The translations under genes were made by a program, and so were the position numbers. Shown here one piece after another: positions 27,134 through 41,200 of a stretch of 64,000 bases of DNA. Under the pieces are notes generated by a model, which searched no databases, had not been told where the DNA came from, and worked only from the letters and a program-made list of their open reading frames with translations. Origin of the DNA: Laetmonice hystrix (Eukaryota); contig OZ249436.1 of NCBI GenBank assembly GCA_965235115.1, positions 34,288,001 through 34,352,000 of the forward strand, given 5' to 3'. Position 1 is the first letter of the stretch; each line of letters starts with the position of its first letter.

Positions 27134-30100
27134 TTGACCGGCCGCTGTCCAAGGCGGTCCGGCCAATGACATTAGTCAACATTACTCGATTATTACGGCA
27201 TCGATCTCAATTCCCTGTTTATTCTTTCATTTTATGGCGTTGCTAAAAGTCTCTTTAGCCAATATTCACCAAGTGCAGGACTTGTAATAATCAATTGGGA
27301 AAGCAATGGCGGTGGGAGTCGGCATTTCGCTTTATGACAGATAGCATTTCAGATGTTGGGTCGAGGTAAGTCATCATTGATCGACTGTCAGTGGCCGAGC
27401 TGACAACAAGTCAGAGCAACCGTTTCATTTGTCTCGGTCCCTCGCCCAGTTCCCTTTCCGTTGTCTTTAGAGACCTCCACAAAGCCAAGCCCACCGACAC
27501 ATAATGTTAGAGTATACGGGCGTGTACTGATAAAATAAGAACCGAGTACCGTTCATAATGTACATGTATAATCGGCCAAGCATGATGTATAGCTGACGCT
27601 AACGTGTGAAGGTAAATTACGCCATTGAACTCATTACTCATGCGTCTGTACCAATATGATATAATCATCATTTAATAAGAATAGAAAAAGCTGGGAGAGT
27701 ATGAATGTATTTGGCAGTTATTATTTTAATCTCCGTTCTATGTGTGTTCCGTGGTTTGGTTGAGGTTGTGTGAAGCATACGCAAGCCGTGCCCTCTTGAT
27801 CTCCGGTCGTTGCCCAGTTTCATCTCCCGCAGTTTTTAATGAGGATGGGGATCCATAAACCAGCCGCCAGTCGGCACCATTATACATGCCGTATCTACTA
27901 TTCATTACACCGATTGGCCAAGTCACATGAATCCTCCTTGACAAGGTGTGAGGCGGCCACAGAGTCAAATAGAGGCGGGAGGGGGGAGCGCTCAATGGGC
28001 CTGTGGGCATTGTTTCTCTGCGGTCGGTGGCGAAACTAGAAACCCCCTGCCCGTTTTTAGTGTTAAGGTTTTCAGAGAGACAGTGGGTTAATGCGGTTTG
28101 GCCGATCACACAAAGGTGGGTGGATGATCTGGTGGGGAGGGAGATCTACTGAAAGCACGTGTCAGAATTCATGCGCCGTGCACAGAACCAGAGCTCCCTT
28201 GGTGCTGCCGACCGACCGACCGGGGAGAGGGCCGTATACCGCCGGCCGAGCCCGAGACAGCGACCGAGGCGGCGCCATTACGCGCTTAATTACGAAGCCC
28301 AGTGAAATCGCAACCCACAATTGTGCTAAGTCCACATCCCAATCGGCAATGATGCGGTTGCTCGCGCTCGCACTCTGCCATAGGACGCGGTCGGACTCGT
28401 GCACGGCCACAGCGGAAGCCGACAAAAACAAAGCATTGAGCACAAATTAACCCGAAATGAACACAAAGAGAAAATGCTTTGTGCATCCTTGGCTTTTACG
28501 TATAGAAATCCACCCGTACCCTCTGTTTCAGTGTAAAGAATGATTCCTGAAAAACGTCATTTTTTTAATTATTTAAAAAAGGGCGAGGACACAATGAAGG
28601 GTAGAGATCTAAGACCCATCTTAAGCCATGTCTGAAATCTGCTCCTGGCCTCCAATGAAGTATTCATTCTCCATATTCCGAGACTTTACTTAAACTAGGT
28701 CACGTCTTCAATATCGAATAAAAAGCAAGCGGCTTCATTCAGTTGAAAACAAAATCAATATTGAACCTGGCAGTTTCCCATCTCGCGGTACAAAGGCAAG
28801 GGGGGCAGTGGGTGGCATCATGTGAAATAACCCAGGTAAATATTTGACGAACAATAGCCGTTGGACAATGGCGTGTAGACATGGTACTGTGTAGATGAGC
28901 AATAGCTGGGCCGGCAGACAGAGACACACAGATTATGTGTTGGTCAGCTGGGCTCCAACAGGAAATAGCACAAGGAGCAGGTGTCAGTGATCATACACAC
29001 CAAGAAGGGATCGACCGGGTTTTTTTCAGCTCCTTGAGAGAACGGGGCCCGGGGGGGGAGGGGCAGGGGATTGAAGGTAGGGGTTCTGTATAATTCAACG
29101 GCTTTGTTGAGTATAAAGATCTCGTCAAGGCCAGGTTGTAGGGTTACTATACGGCTGGGATAACGAAGAGTCATGTACTATATACAATACGCAGTGACAC
29201 TTACTCATGGTCGCCTGTGTCCTTACCTAGTTACTGCAAGTGGTGCAAATATGACACGATGGCTAGTATCCGAAAAGTGATAACTTCTCTGATGACGATG
29301 TGGATCTGATTGACAAGCAACAACCCATATCGTTTATACCGGTTGGACTTTTTGAAAGTTCGGAGGAGGGGAGGGGGTCCAGTATATATAGGGCAAGGAG
29401 CCTGAAATGAGGCGAGGGTTCAATGAGGCATCCATCGACCTTCATATTTGGAGCAGAGGCAATCGGGAGGTTTGCCTCAATACGCAGTGCACGTGTCCGC
29501 CACTTGGGCCCACACTCGCAGACTCATTCGCTGCCATGGTGATGGCATAATTTCATTTTAATACCCGCCGATTAGAAAAAAAACCTGACTGAGCATCCGA
29601 GGAGGGTGAATGAAAGTCTGACTTTATGAATGACTGAACGAGTTGCCGACACGTCGTGTTTATCAGCAGCCAATCGAATCAGACAAAATTAGGCCACACC
29701 TACAAATTGAAATCGCTTGCCGCCATGCTGATTGCCATTCATTGCGTCATGCCGAAGAAGCCACGGTACCAAGCCACGCCTACTAGTTAGTGTGATAAAG
29801 GCCTCACAGATTGAAAATTGGCCCAGTATCCTAAACCTCGGTGTGCATGGGGGCATTATGAGCAGCGGCCATGTCGAATGTACAGGTTTATATATTTATG
29901 ATGTTATACATGGAATGAATGCAGTGTGTGATATGGACAACTTTTTGACATATACCCGTGTTTCGCTTTATGTTGTTGCATAGCAATGACGGGGACTGGG
30001 TATGTCAGCGAAATGATGTCGACAGTTGAAGCAGAAATTAAGTTTAGCGTAGTTATTATTTTTCTATTTTTAAGAACTAAAGCGGAGGACTAACGCTTTC

Positions 30101-30670
30101 AGGACTTAAACATACGTAAACCATTTACCTACAGTGTACTTATGTACACAACAATAGAACTGTTAATTTATACTTGTTGTCTATGCATTGTATAGTTAAA
30201 AACACTGCATGCATGCATGGTTAATTAAATACATGCATGCTTATGTACAAAATGTATATTTTGCAGCCGCAAATATTGTACATACACATGACATGTATAT
30301 TCAGTATATGTATGCACATACATTACATAATGCAATAGATATATGTCCACGTGTATGACTTCTAACGGTTGATGCATGCGTGCACACAACATGCATGCCT
30401 TTACTTGCCAAGCAACGCATATACAGGCCTTTACAGACACATGTGCTGTTGTATGGCTGGCTTTATACAGCTTCTGTACTGACATTGTATACTGCACGCA
30501 TGTCCCTGAATCAACATGTGTACTCTTACTGGCATACGTTAACCTGAGCTCACCTCGCCTCAATCACTATATATACATGTATACATATATATAACATGGA
30601 TACATCAGGATGAGACATATACATGTATCAGCATGTAGGTTCATTCTCTGGGGCGTCATTAGACACGATG

Positions 30671-30683
30671 GGGTCAAGGGTCA
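30671..30683 (+). promoter_or_regulatory. Perfect DR1 nuclear-receptor element GGGTCA-A-GGGTCA in intron 2
   Basis: Exact sequence gggtcaagggtca; DR1 of RGGTCA is a preferred COUP-TF site. Function not demonstrated. Confidence 0.45.
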
Positions 30684-30846
30684 TGTCATTTGAGCCGTTT
30701 CAATCTTACCATTCGCTCCGACATGCACACACATGACATAATGGTTCTCTTGTGAGGAGGCTAACTGTGGGCACGACAATAGGAAAAGATGGCGTGCCAC
30801 AGGGAGGGAGCTTGGGCCACAGACAGGTGTATGTGGTTGGTGGGGA

Positions 30847-31294
30847 GGACTTACTGGTAATTTACAGTATCAATGATATCTCCGGAATGAACAAAACGAT
30901 TATGTACGGCGGACTTACTGGTAGTTTACAGTATCAAAGATATCTCCGGAATGAACAAAACGATTATGTATGTCGGACTTACTGGTAATTTACAGTATCA
31001 AGGATATCTCCGGACTGAATGAACAAAGCGATTATGTACGGCGGATTTACTGGTAGTTTACAGTATCAAAGATATCTCCGGAATGAACAAAACGATTATG
31101 TACGGCGGACTTACTGGTAATTTACAGTAACAAGGATATCTCCGGACTGAATGAACAAAGCGATTATGTACGGCGGATTTACTGGTAGTTTACAGTATCA
31201 AAGATATCTCCGGAATGAACAAAACGATTATGTACGGCGGACTTACTGGTAATTTACAGTAACAAGGATATCTCCGGAGTGAATGAACAAAACG
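30847..31294. repeat. Minisatellite, about 7 units of 64/68 bp, in intron 2
   Basis: Units start at 30847, 30911, 30975, 31043, 31107, 31175 and 31239; consensus ggacttactggtaRtttacagtatcaaRgatatctccgga(ctga)atgaacaaaacgattatgtacggc. Confidence 0.93.
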
Positions 31295-31929
31295 GTCGTA
31301 TAACATAGCCGCGTTCAGTGGGGGTAGCGTGCACTAAATAATGTATCCTATAGACAATAATATAGGAGGTGTATAAGGGAGGGAGGATATTGGATGCATT
31401 ATATATATATAAGACTGGTTTATAAATAATAATTTTCAGACATTTCAAAAGAGGGGATGCATCCCTCAATGCTGTCATGATTACGGATTTATATGTATGG
31501 CTTGTATACCAGAACCTGGGATAATAAGATATGTGATACGAATCATGTGTAGACCTAAGTAGAGACAGGCGATTAGATTCTAATCCATGCAGTGACCCAC
31601 GCAGTGACTTTTGGTTTCTACCTTTTTCCTCCCCTCGCTCTCAAAACGTCCATTGAATCAGACCTGGTATTGATCATGTCGATCAGCCTGGGTCGCCTAG
31701 ATTATTATTGGGCCTGAAATAGCTTGATTGATTACTATCAGGTATATATGGGGCTCTGTGCTATAAGGGGGTCACACGCCAAGCATGAATGCATGCAGCT
31801 AGTGATGATATGATGTGTATACTGGAAGCTGTACATATTAAATACCTAACCACGCTGATTTATGACTGACATACATAACACACTTTCTAAACGGGACTTT
31901 CCCCATTTTTTTTTTAATTCTGTTTCCAG

Positions 31930-32204
31930 ACGCATGCGGTTTGTCAGATGGTAACCACGTTGAGAGCCTGCAGGAGAAGTCACAATGCGCGTTGGAAGAG
32001 TATGTGCGCTCACAGTACCCCAACCAGCCAACACGTTTCGGTAAGCTCTTGCTGAGGTTGCCATCCTTGCGCACCGTCTCTGCGCAGGTCATCGAACAAC
32101 TCTTCTTCGTACGACTCGTAGGTAAGACGCCCATCGAAACGTTAATCCGGGACATGTTGTTGAGCGGTGGTTCGTTCAACTGGCCCTACATGGCCCTTCA
32201 ATAA
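31930..32204 (+). CDS. NR2F: COUP-TF/seven-up coding exon 3: C-terminal LBD with AF-2 helix and stop codon
   Basis: Polypyrimidine acceptor tttttttaattctgtttccag|AC gives (D)[90 protein letters not shown], with TAA at 32202-32204. The spliced CDS is 436+528+275=1239 nt and stays in frame. Confidence 0.96.
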
Positions 32205-32245
32205 CCATGTAGTATATATACAAACTAGTCGATGAAAGGACAACT

Positions 32246-32251
32246 AATAAA
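32246..32251 (+). other. Candidate proximal polyadenylation signal AATAAA
   Basis: Hexamer 41 nt after the stop codon. No clear downstream U/GU-rich element, so its use is uncertain. Confidence 0.25.
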
Positions 32252-35200
32252 ACAATATGGACATGATGGTGGGTGGATCAGTCGCCCACCGACGCCAGCC
32301 GACCGGCCGACCAAGGGGCAAGAGATGCTGCCCTCCCGGACATTCTCAGAAGGGGAGGAGACGACGCCGCTGCGGGGAGGCGAGGGCCCAGTGACCGATG
32401 GTCCTCCTTGCTTCCCGTCCCCGAGGAGCCCGCCCGCCCGCCGGCCGGCCAGTGAGAGCGGGCCGTCCGCCAGGCCCACCCCGGCCCGACCCCGGCCCCG
32501 GCCCGGCAGGCCAGTCCGGCCGGCCGGCCATCCAGGTACAGTACCACACACAACGGGTGATGAGACGTTACGTATAGCGGTATACGTATACGACTCTTGG
32601 AGCGGGTCGCGGGTATCTTCACCACCGACCACCGCCGCCACCACCGCACCACCACCTCCACCAAACCAACCACCACTCCTACCACCACCGCAGAGACGCT
32701 GCAGTCGAGGGGCCACGTACCTACCGGTTCGATACATGATACATAGGTGTACATTTTATATATATTGTATTGTCAGTGGCTCTATAGTGGATGAGCACCA
32801 GACTTAGAGACTGAACAGGTTGGCCTGGCCAAGGACTCAAAATGAGACGCGGGCACTATCACTTAGCAGAGTGACAGCCTGCAGCACGGGAGAACCAGGT
32901 AACCAATATATGTCTATACTTGGATATAACCCTCTTTTTTCCGTAGAGCGTGAATGTGCTTTGACCATACAATCATTATAGGGTTGTAAACCCTGACAGA
33001 AAGTGGACATTTTTTTCTGTAAGTCAGAAAACTATAATGTGTTGTCGTTTTCTCCACTCTAATTTTGAATTGTTTTAATGCGTACAATGATGACTTGTTA
33101 CGATGCATTCACCTATAGAAGTTGGGGGTAAAGACGAGACAGAAAGACTTTGTACAGCTGGGAAGACATTTTTTTCGGCATGCATTCACATGTCGGCGGT
33201 TCATCCATATAACTGGTTTAAAACCAGATGCACACACACACATACCGAGTTAGTACTGATATTATACAGTACATGATGCAGCATTATGTTAGTTTCCATA
33301 CAAAAGTACACACCTATGTCATTGCATGCTTGACGGGCCAGCCTATACCTTCTTGATCGGGGGGGGGGGGTTAATCTTTTAGGGGGGGGGGGAGTTAGAA
33401 ATTATTCAGGCCGCGAAGATAAAAAAAAATTCTGTGCCACATCCTCTGCATGCACGGTCACTTTATATAAGTTTCTGCATATATATTTTTACATTTTGAC
33501 GATTTTATAGAATTGAGTTTCTGTATTATTTGCGTATACATACAGGAAAGTCAGTTTGGCCTTATATTGTTACATCGTTTGATATGCTTGTGTCATAGAC
33601 ACATAGGTTGTGCTTAATGTAAAGGGACTCGATCTCTTATTGACAATCATCGTTTTATATGTTTATGTCATTATACTTCGGTCTTTACAAAATTAGAATC
33701 CATGGATGGGGACAAGTATTAACCAAGCGATTCAACTTTTGACTCAGATCATGTAAAGTACTATTGTTGATATTTTATTTCCCTTTGTTTTTTTCTTACA
33801 TTGTGTTACGTGCACTCACTGTTCGCCAATGACGTTATAGCCAACAGGTGCTTACTAATTGACATGTTTCAAGGCTGACACTCTAAGTTTACATCTGACG
33901 TATATGTGTATAATATACCAGGTGAGGTATATGATATGGTATGTTGTCAAATCCTGCAGAGGTGTCTGTTCAGGGATATGATCTCTTGTTTATGTCAATA
34001 CATTTGGAACACTTGCATTAGCAACGTATTTTCATGTTCTTCTTATTAGTATCAAGGCTACATGAGGTTTTAGGGCTTGATGAGCTGAGATGATTATGGT
34101 AAAACGAGGGAAAGTTTTGGTATGAACAACGGCGCGTATGAGCCTGTACGAAGGTCGAGTAGTGCGTGTAGCGGCTACGAGGTGGCGCCACCATCTAGTG
34201 GCACTCCGCGCCGCGCGATGTCCGTTTTTTTTCCGCGCGCGCCAACGGACAGCGCGGATAGCTGGGTCGGTCGTCGTGCGGGGAGGGGGGAAGCCATGCT
34301 GAACCGTGCATCCAGGGTCGCCAGGGCGGGTGACTCGTGGGGTCAAACCATACGCCGCCCCCGGTGTCAAAATTACTAGCCAGGGCAGCAACTATACCCC
34401 CTGTACTCGGCCCGCCGCCGTCCAAGCGTATTAGGCCATGTCACTGGGCACCAATGACTGTAGCACAGGACCAGTGCGACTCGCCACTGGATTTCTCACC
34501 GTCACGCTTTCAGAGGTGGTGGCGAGCAACCTACACGAGCCGACCCCCCAACGACCTGCCAACGACCTGCCGAACCTTACCGATCGAGTGATACCACCTG
34601 CAAACATGCGGTTAAACTGATCTACCCCGCGTATGGCATGATTCCCTTCTTGTTATAACGATTGAAATATTGAACCAAAGTGTGACGATTCGAATGTGGG
34701 CTTTAGAATCCACGCACTTATCAACGTCATAAACCAGCAGCCATCTACTTTGAAGGTTGCACGTTGGTGGAAAATGACCTACATTTCTATTCTTTAAAAA
34801 ACCACCCTGCTTTTCGCCCACAACGTGCTGCATGGGGTCATATTTGAATATATGAAATTCAGTGGTGACGCGAACCCGAGGGTGGCGCTGACCAGCGTCC
34901 CAAGGGGTCCAGTTCCCATGCTCGAGCATGTGACTGGCCGCTGGTCAGTATAGCCGGCCCCCGCCCCCAATCAAACCCCTGCTGACCAGGGGTCATCCCA
35001 TTTGCGGGGTCACGCTCCAGTCGGTCGCTTTCCCATAGCGCACCTTAACGGTCATCGAGTAACGCTCACGGTTCAAAGTTCTTTCGATGTCTTCTCAAAA
35101 TGACTTGGGGTTTTCCTCTTCTGACAATAATAGAAAGGCAGTGTCTGTTATTTGGGTTGCGTGGTTGTTAGCTTGGGGGGTGGGGTTGGGGGTAACTCCG

Positions 35201-38200
35201 GAGTGCCTTTTTGGTCTTTCAAAGCACTCCGCCTTGAAAAAAAAAGAGTCACTCCGGAATGGATTTGTGGCAATGTGACACGCCACGCCTTAAAGTGCCA
35301 CATCTCTTATAGTGAACATGGCCAAGGTCATGCTCCACTGCATCTTGAGAAAAGGGTGGGAAAAAAGGCATCCCGCCGCCAGTGCGTACTTAACGCTCCA
35401 AATCGACCAAGGCACATGTCGGGAGAAGCAGGTTCCTCACCCGACAACCCTCATCAGATATGCTAGCACATATTCACATTGAAAACCATGCAGGCCATTC
35501 AATGCAGGCCATTCCAAATTTCTTCACGTTTTATTTTCTAAGGTGAAATATTATGTTCAGAAATACTGTTTGTAAGGCTCCTCTACCATAAAAAAAACCA
35601 AGTGTGAGGATGTTTTTTTTAAGGGAGTGAAATTTATCAAAGCGAGCTGTCTGGGCAACCTATTGTATCTGCACACAGCGTCATCGAGAAACGTCTTCAT
35701 GCATGCTTGCCTTTGAGAAATTGGGGGCAAACTGCGGCCGTGGACCCCAGTAACCCTTAGCTAGCCACGGCCGACCAGTCTCTGTGAGGTGGCTGTAGTA
35801 CGGCTCCAACCCCCGCCCTCAGCAACGACTGAAATACCAACGACCACCGAATTATTAATCAGCTAACGCGATACTTCATGTTAACGCCTACCCTGAGTGG
35901 TTGTTTGTGTACGGGTCCCTGGCGGCGTACAGGCGAATGTTCCTCTTTTTTTACTGACATTAACCTCTCACGGTATGGGCCAAGAGTTCAGACACTCCAC
36001 AACACTCCACCCTTCGACTCCAGTCGCGCTAGTCAAAGTGCATGACCAAAAACGGCAGACCTTCTTTTCCACCCCAGAAACTATCCAGGCAAGCAAACAG
36101 AACTCACAAGGCGATGTAGCCAGCAATCACGTCAGAGGCCAACTACAAAAGGGGGCCCACGTGAGTTATGGACTTCGCCTCTGCTGGTATTATAGAGGTG
36201 GGATCTCCAAAGCGTTTTGCGCGGCGGAAAGGTTCGAGTCCGCGGCCGAACTTATCGGAAAGTTCGGAGGCGTGTCACATGAGAGGCACGAAACAGCGCG
36301 GCTTGTCCAGGATGCTAGTGCAGTACGCCAACTTTTTTCTTCTCAGGCTCTGCGCAGTAAACACGAACCCGGCAGCACATGTAGTCCAGGGCCAGAATTC
36401 GAGTCCCATTCCAAATGTTGTGAGCTATGTTTGTGTCGCACTGCAACTGTACTCTGAGATCGTCAGGTCTGGTTGCTGCCTGCCCTGGAGAAGCAAACGT
36501 CGGAGAACCTGGAGGAATAGGTCAATACATGAAGTTGGCGGAGGGAAGGGAGGTTGGGGGTCAGGGCTTGACTTTTTTCCCACTGGGTGTTACAGTATAG
36601 GTCGAGGTCCAGGCGATGACACCGCTGCCTGCAATAGCAGGGGGACATGCTATGGCTATGACCTCCACCCATTTTTTCTCTCTCAAACTGAGCTGTACAC
36701 TGGCATAGTGTGCGCGTCGTGAACTCTGAACTTTGCCGCAGACTCGACTTCCTTCTCCGATCATTAATCATGGTCAGAGGGGGGTTGGTGGTGGGGTGAG
36801 GAGTGGGGGTGGCAGTGGAGGTTGGGGGGTGTTCTGTGCCTGGATAGAAAGATGAGGGGTTCTCGTAGTGGCCGCCGTGCCGCCGCCGTACAGTAGCAGG
36901 CTTGTCCTGGGTCGGCCCAGGACCTCCGGTACCACAGCTACTGGGGCGGGCGGCTAACCAACCACCCAGCGCGGCCTATGTAAGGAAGGGGCTCGCCCGG
37001 CCCTACTGGGCCCTACTGGGCCGTCCGGCCCGTGGGCCTTGAACTCCACACCCACCCACCCCGCGTGTAAGTTGTGGGAGAATTACAAAGTAATGCTGTG
37101 GTCTAGCCATCATCACCTCCGCATGTTGCGCGCGTGGACGCTAGCCTGGTCATTATCCATCGGCTCGCCATGACCTAACCCCATGACCCCCCTCTCTCTT
37201 CTCTCCCCCTCTCTCAGCTCCCCCATCTCGTGCACCCCCCACACCCTCCCCGGCGTCGGCCCATAGAGCACCACACAAGACACCCAATCCCTACTGCCAT
37301 GAATCTTAGCACGTACTAAATGTAGGGGTCCCAACCACAGATTTTCTGACCCTCGTGGCGCACGTCTACTGCACGTCAAACTGCATGCATCAGTGCCAAG
37401 AGATGGGTTACCATACTTCACACTTAAAATATTCAAAAATTTCAAAATTTTACAATGATATTTATAGGGAGAGCAAAAAGCCTTGGGTCGGAGTATGCGT
37501 ACGGTGTCCGCCACTGGTAGTAGGCCTCGTCGACATCTGGAAATTTTCTTTCGGATTTTAGATTGGTTCGGGCGGACATGTGCGATAAGAGCATGATTTA
37601 TGACGCTAGCAAATATAACCAGCCATGTTTGTTGGGTGGTGGCCGGGTCAGAAGCGGGGCCGACGCCGTACTCGAGCCCAGAGCACGGTCCCGGTGGGTG
37701 AACCATATAGAACCGGTGGACCAGCCGCCCTGCGAGCCGGATCCTCCGCCCGCCTCCCCGGCCAGGCCAGCCCGGGTCGACCCTCTCCTGCCCGCCCTCG
37801 ACCCCAATGTCAAAGTTGGTGGGATGGAAAATAAAAAACGGCCAACCCGCTAACCGCATCCCTTACGTACACATCCAGACAGCGTACACACACACTCTCG
37901 GCTGCCGAGGTCTACTCCCGATCATCAGCCCACTTTGAGTGTGCTGTTTGACTTGCTGCAGACATGATAGCAAATGGTGGCAGTCCCAAACATGTTATTT
38001 CAGGTTAATAATATACTCGCTCTCAAACACAGGCTATATGTATACCTAATCGGCCTGGTAGTACGGCGAAATAACATGTTTACATTGCCAGTCATTCACT
38101 AGGAAAACGGCAACGGTTGATGGTGGTGTTTGTCCTCAATTTGTCCTGATCACTGCACGGCCATCGTATATAAGTGTATGTAATGTACGCAATGCTATTG

Positions 38201-41200
38201 TTAGCCGGACGTATGGGCTGAATGGTCCAAGACACGTCAAAGGCTGATCCAGCGTGCTATACTTCCTCAGTTTGGAGTGATAAAGTTGACCGGGGGAGGG
38301 AGGGGGGAGGGGGAGGGAGGGAGGAGAGGCCTCTGTACACATGCAGACGGGGAATCCATCCTTGTCGACTCTCGAAATCCACTCTACAGCTGCCAGTGAT
38401 CATGCTCATTGCCATTGTCAAGAAGGCCTGTCTGTGATGGAATTCCGTCTCTCCACGTGACTGTGGCAAACCGTTGAACGACCCCCCCCCCCCCCCCCAC
38501 CCCCACCCCCAACCCCCCGGCAGCCACCCGCCCACCGATTGGCCAGAGTTTGTTAGCCAAACTTTGTCACTGACCTGCCCTGTTTATTCCTCCACTCTAC
38601 TTACATACAACAGCTCTAGGCCGTGAACGTATTGATAAAACACATGCTATTGGGCCATCGACTCTATCCACATACACTGTAATGTGAAGGAAGACCATTA
38701 CGTTCAGTCTGACCACTGGCAGTGCGGCTGGGACAGTGCTGTTGTCAGTGTTCAAGTAGCGGCTCCGTTTTGAATATGTGCTGCCGCACCCTCTAGCGTA
38801 AACGCACCAAACCAACATTAGCCGCGCTTCAAGTGGACCAGTTCTGGGAGGCGTTTTATAAATTCTCCTGAAAGCTGTCAGAAATTATGCCTGTCAGCCA
38901 TGCTTTCATTGCTGATTGTGTTTTTTTTCGATGTTGGCCTTATTCTGTTAGTGCGAACTGTAACACGTTTTTTGGCTATATGTTTTTATTGAGGATACTT
39001 CACTGGAGTGTAGGTGTCAGAATGACGCTGATATAGCTATGCAGGCCGTCAGGCTGAAGGTTGAATTAAACTCAAGTTTGGAAACATCCAATGGCTGACT
39101 GTCGATGGGGGAAGCAATGACACGATGTCCTAGCGGGTACGAGGGGTACTAGAGGCAGTGCTGCCCCCAAACTGTCAGTGCCGCTACTACCCTGCCCCTC
39201 TATACCCTCCCCGTTTTCACCGCAACCCCTCCCCCTAATTTTAGACCGACCCAGGCGCGGATGCACTTTAAAAGTTCATGCTTTTCTCTTTTCCTAGAGG
39301 TTTCCATTTTTGTTCCGATCAGCGTCGAAAAGATCAGCTGGCTAAACAAACCAGCTTAAAACAAGCTGAGGGGGGTGCGACCTCAAGGTCTGCCTCCGTG
39401 GTGAGGGGTGGCCCTAGCCTGACCTGACCTGTCTCCTCTATACGCCAGCTGAATAGTATACCCGACATCCTAGCCTTCCCCCTCGTGTGGGCAAGGTGAA
39501 GGAAGCCACAGTTGGATCACAAGCGTGTGATTATTTTGTGAAAGTCATACTTTGAGCTGTGGGTCAGGTCAGCCCCACACCTGCCGGGCGGGCAGGTCGA
39601 GTTTCAGCATATCGACCCAGACGATTTGTCAATGATTCCCCGGGCCGCCTGCACGCATTAGATAAATATTATGTTCGGCGGGCTTGACCCTAAACCCGGC
39701 GTGAAGAGTCGGGGGAGATCACGGGCGACGATCGCCTTGCCCCGATCGTCTCTATTGACACACATACGGGGCAGACAATGGCCCCCTTTTGGTGTGAACT
39801 TAAGTCGCTGAGTTCAGCCGGGGCTGGGGCTGGGGCCGCCGCCGCCGTCGAGCATGGGTCTCCAACGAGTATAGAATATTCTCGTTGTGTGTGTCTCTGT
39901 CGTGGTTGAGCGTATGTTGTGTATGACCAGGCAATAGCCAAACATCACCGGCGGGCTGCTGCATGGCCATACTGCCGTCGTCACTCGCCGTCACCGCGCT
40001 CTCCGTGACTCGACTATACGTTGTGACCTTTGTCGCCATACCGACTCGAGACCCGTCACGCCTCTTGACCTAACCCGCCTGTCGCGTTGGACAAAACAAT
40101 AAAATGCACACCAAAAATGAGAAAAAAGTTAAGACCTCTGGCTGTGTTCCTGTGAGGAAACGCAGGAGGAATCTGACACAAGAGTTTGAATAATATCGAC
40201 AGGCTACTGAACTATTAAAACGCTCAAGCTCTTACAAAAAAAACTCCCAAGAAACTCATGTAACCTCGGGTAATGCACAGAAAAAGGTGACAAGAAAATT
40301 TGTGATTCCTTTTTGTGAAGAAAAGTAACTACCATTCATAATATATGCATGCCTACACATTGAAGGCCATGGATCGTGCTATGCAAGTGTTCTTTCTTGT
40401 AATTGAAACTGGGCTTTAATTATGAGACAAGGTCTACTACTCCATATGTATTGACTATAACCAGAGGTCATTGGTAATTTGAAGTTGGGCACACAGGGGC
40501 GAGCTGAACACGTTTGAGCTCAGATGGAATTCGCCCTGAAGTATAGGTATTAGCATAGCGTGAGTGACAGCCGTGCTATATCAGAGGAGAGACCAATTTA
40601 ACCAGGTGTCTCTCGTGTCAGCGGAAAATTACATTGTGTCAGGTTGTAGGTAAAAAGGAATGGACGTGCAGGGCCAGAATCGACAGATTTGAGAAGAATC
40701 CTTTAACAAAAAAATACCACCGTCATCATGTAGAGATATATATTGCCCATTATACATGTACAGGAAACGGGCATTATGAGGAGAAATTTTTCGCAAACAT
40801 GCAGTGTTAAACACATATATACCTTGTAAGTCTTCCTACAAAAATAGTCACGGTCAGAGAGTTTTTGCTCAAGCACGTAAAGGATACAGCCAGTAGACGA
40901 ATGTTGCAAGGGGAAAAATACAAATCACTCAATATTTTTAAATAAGGTATAGCAATGATATACACTTTTTCTTTAACTAAGGTGAAGGCCAAGCCTTCGA
41001 GCATGCTGCATTGTGTGAGCAACCCTTTAATTAAACTCTTATTGTAAGAAATCCACCAAGTGGTAGTGTATAGAGTATTAGTGTGATGTGATGTCTATAA
41101 GGCTGTACACACAACCTATAGGCCTAACTCTCGTCGACGGGTGTACTGTGTGAATGTCCTATAGTGGGCACCAAAACCCCTACAACAAATTTTCCCTTCT

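Noticed and set aside
30847..31294. CRISPR-like 64-68-bp periodicity
   Set aside because: The whole unit is repeated, with no variable spacer.
32232..32807. 191-aa Pro/Arg-rich ORF after the NR2F stop (read-through or second gene)
   Set aside because: It is in the same frame but separated by two stops (TAA 32202, TAG 32226). The GC-rich low-complexity DNA gives long ORFs on both strands, and no domain is recognisable.
37113..37859. 248-aa minus-strand ORF
   Set aside because: Non-ATG start, no recognisable domain, and it spans GC-rich and low-complexity patches.
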